A DNA stretch of 64,000 nucleotides from an uncultured Solirubrobacterales bacterium. Its GTDB lineage: Bacteria; Actinomycetota; Thermoleophilia; Solirubrobacterales; 70-9. Location of the stretch: positions 718,603-782,602 of the forward strand of contig CAVVME010000003.1 in assembly GCA_963749365.1 (NCBI GenBank), written 5' to 3'. Below the pieces are notes generated by a model. The model was not told where the DNA came from, did not search any database, and saw only the letters and a list, made by a program, of their open reading frames with translations. Positions within the stretch are counted from its first letter, which is position 1. Each line of letters starts with the position of its first letter. Below, piece after piece: positions 37,075 through 45,154 of this stretch. Position numbers and translations under genes: made by a program.

Positions 37075-37742
37075 CAGCCGATCGCCCCGGCGAGCAGCTC
37101 GGCGGTCGGCCCCTGGCCGGCCGCCCGCCCGGCGTCGATCCGGACCAGCCAGTCCGACATCCGCCGCGCCTGATCGAGGTCATGGGTGACCAGCACCAGG
37201 GAGAGGTCGAGCCGCTCGCGCAGCTCGGTCAGCGTCTCCTCGACGGCGCCGGTCGCCGCCGCGTCGAGGGCGGAGGTCGGCTCGTCGAGCAGCAGGGTCG
37301 ACGGCTCGAGCGCGAGCGCACGGGCAAGCATCACCCGCTGCTGCTCGCCGACAGAGAGCCTCGCCGCGTCGCGCCCAGCGAACCCGGCGTCGAGGCCGGC
37401 GAGGTCGAGCAGGCGATCGGGGTCGGGCTCGCGGCCAGCGAGCCGAGCCGCGAAGCGCAGGTTGTCGGCCACGGTCCCGGCGAGCAGCGCGGGAAGCTGT
37501 GGCACCAGCCCGACCTCACGCCGGAGCGCGAGCGGGTCGCGCTCGCGCAGATCGGCGCCGAGGTGGCGGACGACACCCGAGTCCGGGTCGGCGAGCCGGT
37601 CGAGCAGCCGCAGCACGGTCGATTTGCCCGAGCCCGACGGTCCGGCGAGGCAGGTCGCCCCGGCGGGAATCCGGGCGCTGAGCCCGTCCAGCACCAAGCT
37701 GCCCGCCCGTGTGAGGACGACTCGCTCGAGCTCGAACAGCAT
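37074..37742 (-). CDS. fetA: ABC transporter ATP-binding protein FetA
   Basis: The 720-aa ORF was trimmed to ATG (complement of 37740-37742; MLFELERVVLTR...). Walker A GPSGSGKST, signature LSVGEQQR, Walker B LLLDEPTSALD. Confidence 0.85.
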   Translation of the reverse strand: MLFELERVVLTRAGSLVLDGLSARIPAGATCLAGPSGSGKSTVLRLLDRLADPDSGVVRHLGADLRERDPLALRREVGLVPQLPALLAGTVADNLRFAARLAGREPDPDRLLDLAGLDAGFAGRDAARLSVGEQQRVMLARALALEPSTLLLDEPTSALDAAATGAVEETLTELRERLDLSLVLVTHDLDQARRMSDWLVRIDAGRAAGQGPTAELLAGAIG

Positions 37743-37760
37743 GCTGCGATTATCGGGCGT

Positions 37761-38810
37761 ATGGCGCCAGACGAGTCGATCCCGAGCGGGCTCGAGCCGA
37801 TGCGGGCGACCCCAGCCGCCTTGCCCCCGCGCGACGACGACTGGGCGTTCGAGGTCAAGTGGGACGGAGTGCGGGCGCTCGCCTTCGCCGACGCCGGCGA
37901 GCTCCGCATCCGCCAGGGGCGCCGAACCGACGCCACCGCCCGCTACCCCGAGCTCGCGACCCCGCCACCCGAGCTCGCGGCCCATCGGGCCGTCCTCGAC
38001 GGGGAGGTGGTCGCCTTCGACGACTCGGCGCGGCCGAGCTTTCAGCTCCTGCAGCGGCGGATGGGGCTCGCAACCGAGGCGACGATCCGCGCCCGAGCAT
38101 CCGAGGTGCCGATCGCCTACGTCGCCTTCGACCTGCTCTGGCTCGACGGACGCTCGCTGCTCGACCGCCCGTACGAGGAGCGCCGCGAGCTGCTCGCCGG
38201 GCTCGGTCTCGACGACGTGCACTGGCAGACGCCGCGCCACCACGTCGGCGAGGGCGAGGCGCTGTGGCAGGTGGTGCGCGAGCGCAACCTGGAAGGAATC
38301 GTCGCCAAGCGGCTCGGCTCGCCCTACCGACCGGGGCGGCGCAGCCGCGACTGGGTCAAGGTCCGCAACCGAAGCGGCCAGGAGCTCGTGATCGGCGGCT
38401 GGATGCCCGGCGAGGGAACCCGAGGTGGCCGGGTCGGCTCGCTGCTGGTCGGGCACTGGGACGCGACGCCGGAGGAAGCCGACCGGCTGGGTCGCCCGCA
38501 GCGGCTCGTCTACGCGGGCGGCGTGGGAACGGGCTTCACCCAGGCGATGCTCGAGCGGCTGACGGCGATGCTGGCGCCGCTCCGGCGCGAGCGGAGCCCG
38601 TTCGAGCTCGGCGAGGACCCGGGGGCCAAGTACGCGCAGCGAGCCCGTGCGCGCGGCGCCGGCCCGATCTGGGTCGAGCCGGAGCTGGTCTGCGAGGTCG
38701 AGTTCAGTGAGTGGACGCGCGAGGGAACCCTGCGCCAGTCCTCGTTTAAGGGGTTGCGCGACGACAAGGACCCGCGTGAGGTGGTCCGCGAGGCGATTGC
38801 CGGACGCTGA
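37761..38810 (+). CDS. ligD: ATP-dependent DNA ligase (stand-alone LigD ligase domain)
   Basis: ATG at 37761 within the 37182..38810 ORF; 349 aa. Motif I FEVKWDGVRA, EGIVAKRLGSPY, RDWVKVRNRS, and an OB-fold C-terminus. A GATTAT hexamer lies 7 nt upstream of the ATG, and there is no SD. Confidence 0.88.
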   Translation: MAPDESIPSGLEPMRATPAALPPRDDDWAFEVKWDGVRALAFADAGELRIRQGRRTDATARYPELATPPPELAAHRAVLDGEVVAFDDSARPSFQLLQRRMGLATEATIRARASEVPIAYVAFDLLWLDGRSLLDRPYEERRELLAGLGLDDVHWQTPRHHVGEGEALWQVVRERNLEGIVAKRLGSPYRPGRRSRDWVKVRNRSGQELVIGGWMPGEGTRGGRVGSLLVGHWDATPEEADRLGRPQRLVYAGGVGTGFTQAMLERLTAMLAPLRRERSPFELGEDPGAKYAQRARARGAGPIWVEPELVCEVEFSEWTREGTLRQSSFKGLRDDKDPREVVREAIAGR

Positions 38811-38840
38811 TCGATCGTCTACGTTGCCGGGGAGGATGCG

Positions 38841-39344
38841 ATGACGGACGGCAGCACCTACGCCGAAGCGAACCCGGTCCAGAAGGTGCTGCGGCGCTTC
38901 GCCGCCAGCGGCCCCGGCTCCTGGCTCTTCGCCCGCGTCCTGCACCACATCGATCGCCCCGTCTACCGGCTGACCGGAGGCCGCCACACCTTCGCCAGCC
39001 TGGTCTCGGGCCTCGACGTCGTGATGCTGACGACGACCGGGGCGCGCAGCGGCCTGCCGCGCACGGTCCCCGTGCTCGGGCTGCCGACCGCCGACGGCCT
39101 GGCGGTGATCGCCTCCAACTACGGCCAGCGCAGCCATCCGGCCTGGTACTACAACCTGCGCGCCGACCCGACCGGCGAGGTGACGGTCGACGGCAACACC
39201 CGCCCCTTCCGCGCCGTCGAGGCGAGCGGCGCCCAACGGGAGCGGATCTGGGCGCAGGGGCTGCAGGTCTATCCGGGTTGGTCGCAGTACGAGCGCCGCG
39301 CCTCGGAGCGCCGGATCGCGGTCTTCGTGCTCACGCCGCCGTGA
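38841..39344 (+). CDS. nitroreductase-family deazaflavin (F420)-dependent oxidoreductase (DDN/DUF385-like)
   Basis: 167 aa with a strong SD (GGGGAGGAtgcgATG). TTGARSGLPRTVPV...VIASNYGQRSHPAWYYNLRADP is the DDN-family signature. Confidence 0.8.
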   Translation: MTDGSTYAEANPVQKVLRRFAASGPGSWLFARVLHHIDRPVYRLTGGRHTFASLVSGLDVVMLTTTGARSGLPRTVPVLGLPTADGLAVIASNYGQRSHPAWYYNLRADPTGEVTVDGNTRPFRAVEASGAQRERIWAQGLQVYPGWSQYERRASERRIAVFVLTPP

Positions 39345-39414
39345 GCCTTGGGCACGCCGAGCCGCAAGATCGCGTTCGGGGGCCCGCAGGAAGCAGGATT
39401 GCGCCGCTAGTCTC

Positions 39415-39429
39415 GGGTACTAGGTACCC
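39415..39429. repeat. inverted repeat GGGTAC-tag-GTACCC ending 1 nt before the ku ATG
   Basis: Read directly: tctcGGGTACtagGTACCCaATG, 6-bp arms and a 3-nt spacer. There is no SD in front of ku. Confidence 0.5.
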
Positions 39430-39430
39430 A

Positions 39431-40345
39431 ATGGCTCGCGCGATCTGGTCAGGCTCTATCTCCTTCGGGCTCCTAAACGTGCCCGTGAAGCTCTACTCCG
39501 CGGTCTCGAAGAAGTCGGTCAGCTTCCGCGAGCTGCGCGAGTCCGACGGTTCGCGGATCCGCCACAAGCGCGTCGCCGAGTCCGACGGCGAGGAGGTCCC
39601 CTACGAGGAGATCGTCAAGGGCTATGAGGTCGCGCCCGAGCAGTACGTCGTCATCACCCGCGACGAGCTCGAGCAGCTCGACCCGAAGAAGACCCGCGCG
39701 ATCGAGATCAAGGACTTCGTCGATCTCGACGACATCGACCCGATCTACTTCGATCACCCGTACTACCTCGGACCCGACAAGGGGGCCGAGAAGGCGTACG
39801 GGCTGCTGGTCAAGGCGATGGAGGACTCGCGCAAGGTCGCGATCGCGCGCTTCGTCCTCCGCAACAAGGAGAACCTCGCCGCGCTACGGCCGATGGACGG
39901 GGTGATGACGATGGCGACGATGCGGTTCGCCGACGAGGTCGTGACCCCCGACGAGATCGCCGACTCGATCGAGGGCGACCCGGGCAAGCCGACCAAGAAG
40001 GAGCTCGAGATGGCGAAGGCGCTGATCGACTCCCTCGCCGGCGAGTTCGACGCCGATGAGTACCGCGACGAGTATCGCGAGGAGGTGCTGGCGCTGATCG
40101 AGCGCAAGGCGAAGGGCGAGAGCGTCGTCGCGGCGAAGTCCGAGGCGCCGACGCCGACCAAGGCCCCGGACCTGATGGCGGCACTCGAGGAGTCGCTGGC
40201 GGCGGTCAAGGGCGAGGACCTCGCCAAGGGCGACGACGGGGCGACCAAGCGGGCGCCCGCGCGCTCGAAGTCGAAGCCGAAGTCCGCGTCGAAGTCGAAG
40301 AGCGGCTCGAGCCGATCGCGAAGCAAGGCCAAGGCAAGCAAGTAG
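39431..40345 (+). CDS. ku: Ku protein (NHEJ DNA end-binding) with S/K-rich basic C-terminal tail
   Basis: ATG at 39431; 304 aa. MARAIWSGSISFGLLNVPVKLYSA is the canonical bacterial Ku N-terminus. The tail is ...RSKSKPKSASKSKSGSSRSRSKAKASK. Confidence 0.92.
   Translation: MARAIWSGSISFGLLNVPVKLYSAVSKKSVSFRELRESDGSRIRHKRVAESDGEEVPYEEIVKGYEVAPEQYVVITRDELEQLDPKKTRAIEIKDFVDLDDIDPIYFDHPYYLGPDKGAEKAYGLLVKAMEDSRKVAIARFVLRNKENLAALRPMDGVMTMATMRFADEVVTPDEIADSIEGDPGKPTKKELEMAKALIDSLAGEFDADEYRDEYREEVLALIERKAKGESVVAAKSEAPTPTKAPDLMAALEESLAAVKGEDLAKGDDGATKRAPARSKSKPKSASKSKSGSSRSRSKAKASK
40265..40300 (+). repeat. imperfect tandem hexamer repeat (TCGAAG)n inside the ku 3' end
   Basis: tcgaag tcgaag ccgaag tccgcg tcgaag tcgaag, encoding the SK-repeat tail. 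Confidence 0.6.
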
Positions 40346-40386
40346 AGGTCGACGGGCGCGAGATCGCGCTCACCAACCTCGACAAG

Positions 40387-41271
40387 GTGCTCTGGCCGGC
40401 TCGGCGCGGCGGCCGGGGCGGCGGCGGCCGGCCCGGCTTCACCAAGGCGCACGCGCTCGACTACTACGCCCGAATCGCGGAGACGATCCTCCCTCACCTC
40501 CGCGACCGGCCGCTGACCCGGGTCCGCTTCCCCGACGGGGTCGAGTCACAACGCTTCTTCGAGAAGCGCGCCCCCTCGCACACCCCGGACTGGGTGCGGA
40601 CGGCGCCGATCGAGATGGGGACCGCCGGGGTGCTCGACTTCATCGTCTGTGACGACCGCGCGACCCTGGTCTGGCTCGCCCAGCTCGCGGCGCTCGAGCT
40701 GCACCCCTCATTGGCGCTCGCCGAGCGTCCCGAGCGCCCGACCGTGATCGCCTTCGACCTCGACCCCGGCCCGCCGGCGAGCGCGGTCGAGTGCGCGCAG
40801 GTCGCGCTGCGGCTGCGCGGGCTGTTCGGCGAGCTCGGGCTCGAGTGCTTTCCCAAGCACTCCGGGTCGAAGGGGATCCAGGTCTACGTGCCGCTCAACT
40901 CCGAGGTCGGATACGAGCAGACGAAGACCTACGCGCGCGCCGTCGCCCAGGCGCTCGAGCGAGCCGAGCCCGAGCTGGTGGTCTCACAGCAGAAGAAGGA
41001 GCTGCGCAAGGGCAAGGTGCTGGTCGACTGGAGCCAGAACGACTACTCGAAGACCACGGTCGCGGCCTACTCGCTGCGCTGTCGCGAGCGGCCCTGGGCG
41101 TCGGCGCCGTTGCGCTGGGACGAGGTCGACGCACTCGCCGACGGCGGCGACCCCGAGTCGGTGCGGTTCGAGGCCTCGCAGGTACTCGAGCGGGTCGCCG
41201 AGCACGGCGACCTGTTCGCGCCGGTGCTCACGCTCGAGCAGGAGCTGCCAGAAGCGCCGACCACCGCGTAG
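40387..41271 (+). CDS. LigD polymerase/primase (AEP) domain protein; true start probably upstream of the first canonical start codon
   Basis: 294 aa from the GTG at 40387. FFEKRAP, IAFDLDPG (catalytic Asp pair), KHSGSKGIQVYVPL, VLVDWSQND. The same frame reads VEVDGREIALTNLDK directly upstream (40342-40386). That is the conserved LigD-Pol N-terminus, yet it contains no ATG/GTG/TTG. Confidence 0.8.
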   Translation: MLWPARRGGRGGGGRPGFTKAHALDYYARIAETILPHLRDRPLTRVRFPDGVESQRFFEKRAPSHTPDWVRTAPIEMGTAGVLDFIVCDDRATLVWLAQLAALELHPSLALAERPERPTVIAFDLDPGPPASAVECAQVALRLRGLFGELGLECFPKHSGSKGIQVYVPLNSEVGYEQTKTYARAVAQALERAEPELVVSQQKKELRKGKVLVDWSQNDYSKTTVAAYSLRCRERPWASAPLRWDEVDALADGGDPESVRFEASQVLERVAEHGDLFAPVLTLEQELPEAPTTA

Positions 41272-41281
41272 GATCGCCCAG

Positions 41282-42088
41282 ATGAGCGACCGCGAGCAGA
41301 GGGAGCGGGCGAGGGCCACCTGGGCCGCCGGGGACTTCGACGCGATCGCCGAGCGGATCTGGGGCGTCGGCGACGATCTCGTCGGGCGGGTCGAGGTCAA
41401 ATCCGGGGACACCGCCCTCGACATCGCCTGCGGGACCGGCAACTGCGCGATCCCGGCGGCGGTCGCGGGGGCCGCGGTGACCGGGCTCGACATCACCCCG
41501 GAGTTGTTCGAGGCGGCCCGCCGGCGGGCCGCCGAGGCCGGGGTCGAGGTCGAGTGGGTCGAGGGGGACGCCGAGGAGCTGCCCTTCGAGGACGCCGGCT
41601 TCGACGTCGTCGTCTCCAGCTTCGGGATCATGTTCGCACCGGATCACCGCCGGGCGGCGCTGGAGGCGGTGCGCGTGCTTCGTCCGGGCGGCCGGCTCGG
41701 GCTCGCCTGCTGGCGGACCGACGGCGCGATCGGTCAGTTCTTCGCCACGATCGCCGCCCACGCCCCGCCCCCGCCGCCGGGATTCCAGCCGCCGCCGCTG
41801 TGGGGCTCGCGCGATCACGTCACCGAGCTGTTCGCCGAGACGGGGCTCGCGCTCGAGTTCGTCGACAGCGCCGCCCACTGGCACTTCGAATCGATCGACG
41901 AGATGGTCGAGGAGTACGGAAGCAAATTCGGTCCGATCGTGATGCTGCGCTCGGTGCTCGAGCCCGAGGGGCGCTGGGAGCCGCTTCGCGACGACCTTGC
42001 CGAGACCTTCGGGCGGCTCACCTACCCCGAGCGGGGAGGGGTCGCCTTCGACGGCGAGTACCTGATCACGCTGGCGACGAGGCCCTAG
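41282..42088 (+). CDS. class I SAM-dependent methyltransferase
   Basis: 268 aa. Motif I LDIACGTGN, motif II/III region DVVVSSFGIMF...LRPGGRLGLACW. Confidence 0.8.
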   Translation: MSDREQRERARATWAAGDFDAIAERIWGVGDDLVGRVEVKSGDTALDIACGTGNCAIPAAVAGAAVTGLDITPELFEAARRRAAEAGVEVEWVEGDAEELPFEDAGFDVVVSSFGIMFAPDHRRAALEAVRVLRPGGRLGLACWRTDGAIGQFFATIAAHAPPPPPGFQPPPLWGSRDHVTELFAETGLALEFVDSAAHWHFESIDEMVEEYGSKFGPIVMLRSVLEPEGRWEPLRDDLAETFGRLTYPERGGVAFDGEYLITLATRP

Positions 42089-42093
42089 AAACG

Positions 42094-43650
42094 CTACTCG
42101 TCCGCCGGCTGGCGGATCAACGGTCGGCGGCTCGCCGCCGCCTCGTCGAGCCGCCGGACCGGGGTCGTGTAGGGCGCCTCGAGCAGGATCCGCGGGTCGG
42201 CCTCGGCCTCGGCCAGGATCTGGTCGAAGGCCTCGGCGAGCTCGTCGAGCGACTCCCTGGTCTCGGTCTCCGTCGGCTCAACCATCAGCGCCTCCTCGAC
42301 CAGCAGCGGGAAGTAGACGGTCGGCGGGTGAAAGCCGTAGTCGAGCAGCCGCTTGGCGATGTCGAGGGTGCGAACGCCGAGCTCGCGCTTCGCGGGCGCG
42401 CCGGAGAGCACGAACTCGTGCATCGGCAGGCGCTCGAAGCCGAGCGGCAGGTAGCGCGCGGCGCGGCCCTGGCGCAGCTTCGCGAGCAGGTAGTTGGCGT
42501 TCAGGACCGCGGTCTCGGAGGCCTCGGCGAGCCCGTCGGAGCCGAGGCCGCAGATGTAGGCGTAGGTGCGGACGAAGACCCCGAAGTTGCCCTGGAAGCC
42601 GCGCAGCCGTCCGATCGAGCGCGGCTGCTCGTAGTCGAGCCCGAAGCTCGGCCCGGCGCCGTTGCCGGACTCGTTGCGGACCACCCGCGGCACCGGCAGG
42701 AAGGGGGCGATCCGATCCGATACGGCGATCGGCCCCGAGCCCGGGCCCCCTCCCCCGTGCGGCTGGGAAAAGGTCTTGTGCAGGTTGAGGTGGACGATGT
42801 CGAAGCCCATGTCGCCCGGGCGCGCGTGGCCCATGATCGCGTTCAGGTTGGCGCCGTCGTAGTAGACCGTGGCGCCCGCGTCGTGGACGATCTCGGCGAT
42901 CTCGGCGATCTCGGGATCGAAGAGACCGAGGGTGTTCGGGTTCGTCAGCATCAGCGAGGCGACGTCGCCGGTCGCCTTCGCGCGCAGGTCGTCGAGGTCG
43001 ACCCCGCCCCGTTCGTCGGTGGCGAGCTTGACCACCTCAAAGCCCGCCATCGTCACCGTCGCCGGGTTGGTCCCGTGGGCGGTGTCGGGGGTGAGGACCT
43101 TGTGCCGGGTCTCGCCACGCTCGGCGAGATAAGCCCGGGTGAGCAGCAGCCCGGCCAGCTCCCCGTGCGAGCCCGCCGAGGGCTGGAGACTGACGTGGGG
43201 CAGGCCGCAGATCTCGGCCAGGGCGCGCTCGAGCAGCCAGATCAGCTCCAGCGCCCCCTGGGCGCGCTTCGGATCCTGGGCGGGGTGAAGGCGGGCGTGA
43301 CCCGGCAGCGCCGCGACCCGCTCGTTGAGGCGCGGGTTGTGCTTCATCGTGCACGAGCCGAGCGGATACGGGCCTGTATCGAGGTCGAAGTTGCGGCGCG
43401 AAAGGCGGGTGTAGTGACGGACGATCTCGGGTTCTGAGACCTCGGGCAGGGCCGGGGCGCGCTCGCGCAGCAGCTCCGCCGGCACCAGTTCGGAGAGCGC
43501 GACGTCGTCAAACTCTCCGGCGTCGGCGGCGGGCAGCGTCGCCGCGCGGCGGCCGGGCGCCGAGCGCTCGTAGATCGTCACCGCGGCCTCGCGCTGCTGC
43601 GGGGTCTCCTCCGCGGCACTGGTCGGTGGGGGCGATGTCGGGCGGGTCAC
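42094..43650 (-). CDS. gcvPB: glycine dehydrogenase (decarboxylating) subunit 2
   Basis: The 739-aa ORF was trimmed to the GTG (complement of 43648-43650) that overlaps the gcvPA stop (GTGA). GSCTMKHNP motif and PLP-lysine motif HLNLHKTFSQPHGGGGPG. Confidence 0.92.
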   Translation of the reverse strand: MTRPTSPPPTSAAEETPQQREAAVTIYERSAPGRRAATLPAADAGEFDDVALSELVPAELLRERAPALPEVSEPEIVRHYTRLSRRNFDLDTGPYPLGSCTMKHNPRLNERVAALPGHARLHPAQDPKRAQGALELIWLLERALAEICGLPHVSLQPSAGSHGELAGLLLTRAYLAERGETRHKVLTPDTAHGTNPATVTMAGFEVVKLATDERGGVDLDDLRAKATGDVASLMLTNPNTLGLFDPEIAEIAEIVHDAGATVYYDGANLNAIMGHARPGDMGFDIVHLNLHKTFSQPHGGGGPGSGPIAVSDRIAPFLPVPRVVRNESGNGAGPSFGLDYEQPRSIGRLRGFQGNFGVFVRTYAYICGLGSDGLAEASETAVLNANYLLAKLRQGRAARYLPLGFERLPMHEFVLSGAPAKRELGVRTLDIAKRLLDYGFHPPTVYFPLLVEEALMVEPTETETRESLDELAEAFDQILAEAEADPRILLEAPYTTPVRRLDEAAASRRPLIRQPADE

Positions 43651-45074
43651 CGCGTCACCTCGGCACCGACCGGAGCGGCCTCTGGAGCTTTGTGGTCGGG
43701 ATCCGACGGCTTGGCTCCATGCGCCGCCTCGATCGCGCACTCGAGCGCGTCGGCGAGTCGGTCGATCTCGGCCCGCGAGCGCCGCTCGGTGATCGCGATC
43801 AGCAGCCCGTCGGGGTGCTCGGGGTACTCGCGGGCGAGCGGATAGCCGGCGGCGATCCCCTCCTCGCTGACCCGGTCGAGCACCTCGGCCACCGGCGCGT
43901 CGAGGCGGACGGCGAACTCGCGCGCGACCGGCGCCGAGTGCAGGAGCTCGACCCCATCGACCTCGGTCAACCGCCGGCGCGCGTACGCGGTCCGGCGAAC
44001 CAGCAGCTCGCCGAGCTCGACGATCCCCGCGCGGCCGAGCCAGGCGAGGTAGATCGTCGCGGCGAGCGCGTTGAGCTGCTGTGAGGTGCAGATGTTGTGG
44101 GTCGCCTTCTCGCGCCGGATGTGCTGCTCGCGCGTCTGCAGCGCGAGCACGAAGCCGCGCCGGCCGTCGGCGTCGGTGGTCTCGCCGGCGATCCGGCCCG
44201 GCATCCGCCGCAGGTGCTCCTCGGTGGCGGCGAAAAAGCCGAACGAGGGACCGCCGAAGTCCAGGCGCCCGCCGAGCGGCTGGCCCTCGCCGACGCAGAC
44301 GTCGACCCCACACGCGCCGGGCGGGCGCAGGACGCCGAGCGTGATCGGGTCGACCGAGGCGACGCAGAGAGCGCCGGCGCCGTGGGCTGCGTCGGCGAGC
44401 GCCGCGAGGTCCTCGATCGCGCCGAGGAAGTTCGGGTTGGCGACGAACACCGCCGCGGTCTGATCGTCGACCGCCGTCGCGAGCTCGCCGGCGTCGGTGC
44501 GGCCGTCAGCGAGCCCGACCTCGACCACGTCGGCGCCGAAGCCGCGCGAGTAGGTGACCAGCGCCTCGCGCGCATGCGGATGAAGGCCGCGCGAGACGAC
44601 CAGGCGCCGGCGCCCCTTGCCGGCGCCGAGCGCCAGGTAGGCGGCAGAGGCGACCGACGACGGACCCTCGTACATCGAGGCGTTGGCGACCGGGAGCGCG
44701 GTCAGCTCGGAGATCGCGGTCTGGAACTCGAACATCGCCTGCAGCCCCCCCTGCGAGACCTCCGGCTGATAGGGCGTGTATGGGGTGAGGAACTCAGAGC
44801 GCGAGACGATCGCGTCGATCAGCGCCGGCGCGTAGTGGTCGTACATGCCGGCGCCTATGAAGCAGGCTTCGGAGTCGGCGTCGGCGTTTCGGCGCGCCAG
44901 CGCCGCCAGTCGGTCGAAGACCTCCGACTCGCTCTCGCCCGCCGGCAGATCGAGCGGCTGTTCGAGCCGCAGCTCGGCGGGGATCTCGGCGAACAGCTCC
45001 TCGACCGAGGAGATCCCGATCGCCTCCAGCATCGCGGCGCGGTCGGCCTCGGTCACAGAGGTGTATCTGCTCAC
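43647..45074 (-). CDS. gcvPA: glycine dehydrogenase (decarboxylating) subunit 1
   Basis: 475 aa, GTG start. FIGAGMYDHYAP and TPYQPEVSQGGLQAMFEFQT motifs. Confidence 0.92.
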   Translation of the reverse strand: MSRYTSVTEADRAAMLEAIGISSVEELFAEIPAELRLEQPLDLPAGESESEVFDRLAALARRNADADSEACFIGAGMYDHYAPALIDAIVSRSEFLTPYTPYQPEVSQGGLQAMFEFQTAISELTALPVANASMYEGPSSVASAAYLALGAGKGRRRLVVSRGLHPHAREALVTYSRGFGADVVEVGLADGRTDAGELATAVDDQTAAVFVANPNFLGAIEDLAALADAAHGAGALCVASVDPITLGVLRPPGACGVDVCVGEGQPLGGRLDFGGPSFGFFAATEEHLRRMPGRIAGETTDADGRRGFVLALQTREQHIRREKATHNICTSQQLNALAATIYLAWLGRAGIVELGELLVRRTAYARRRLTEVDGVELLHSAPVAREFAVRLDAPVAEVLDRVSEEGIAAGYPLAREYPEHPDGLLIAITERRSRAEIDRLADALECAIEAAHGAKPSDPDHKAPEAAPVGAEVTR

Positions 45075-45154
45075 TCGCCTGAGGCTAGCGAGGCGCGCGG
45101 CGCTCGCCGCTCAGCCGCAGCGCCGACACGCCCAGTGATTAACTACAAGATCAA

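Noticed and set aside
40261-40390. Programmed -1 frameshift fusing Ku to the LigD polymerase domain.
   Set aside because: No slippery heptamer or downstream pseudoknot is evident at the junction, and Ku-Pol fusions are not an architecture I know. It is kept only as a minor alternative in the start-codon finding.
45075-45154. Glycine riboswitch upstream of gcvPA (also considered at 48302-48321 upstream of gcvT).
   Set aside because: The spacers are 80 nt and 20 nt. I found a CUCAGG-like string (cctcaggcga) but no GGAGAG...CACCGAAGG core. A covariance-model scan would be needed to be certain.
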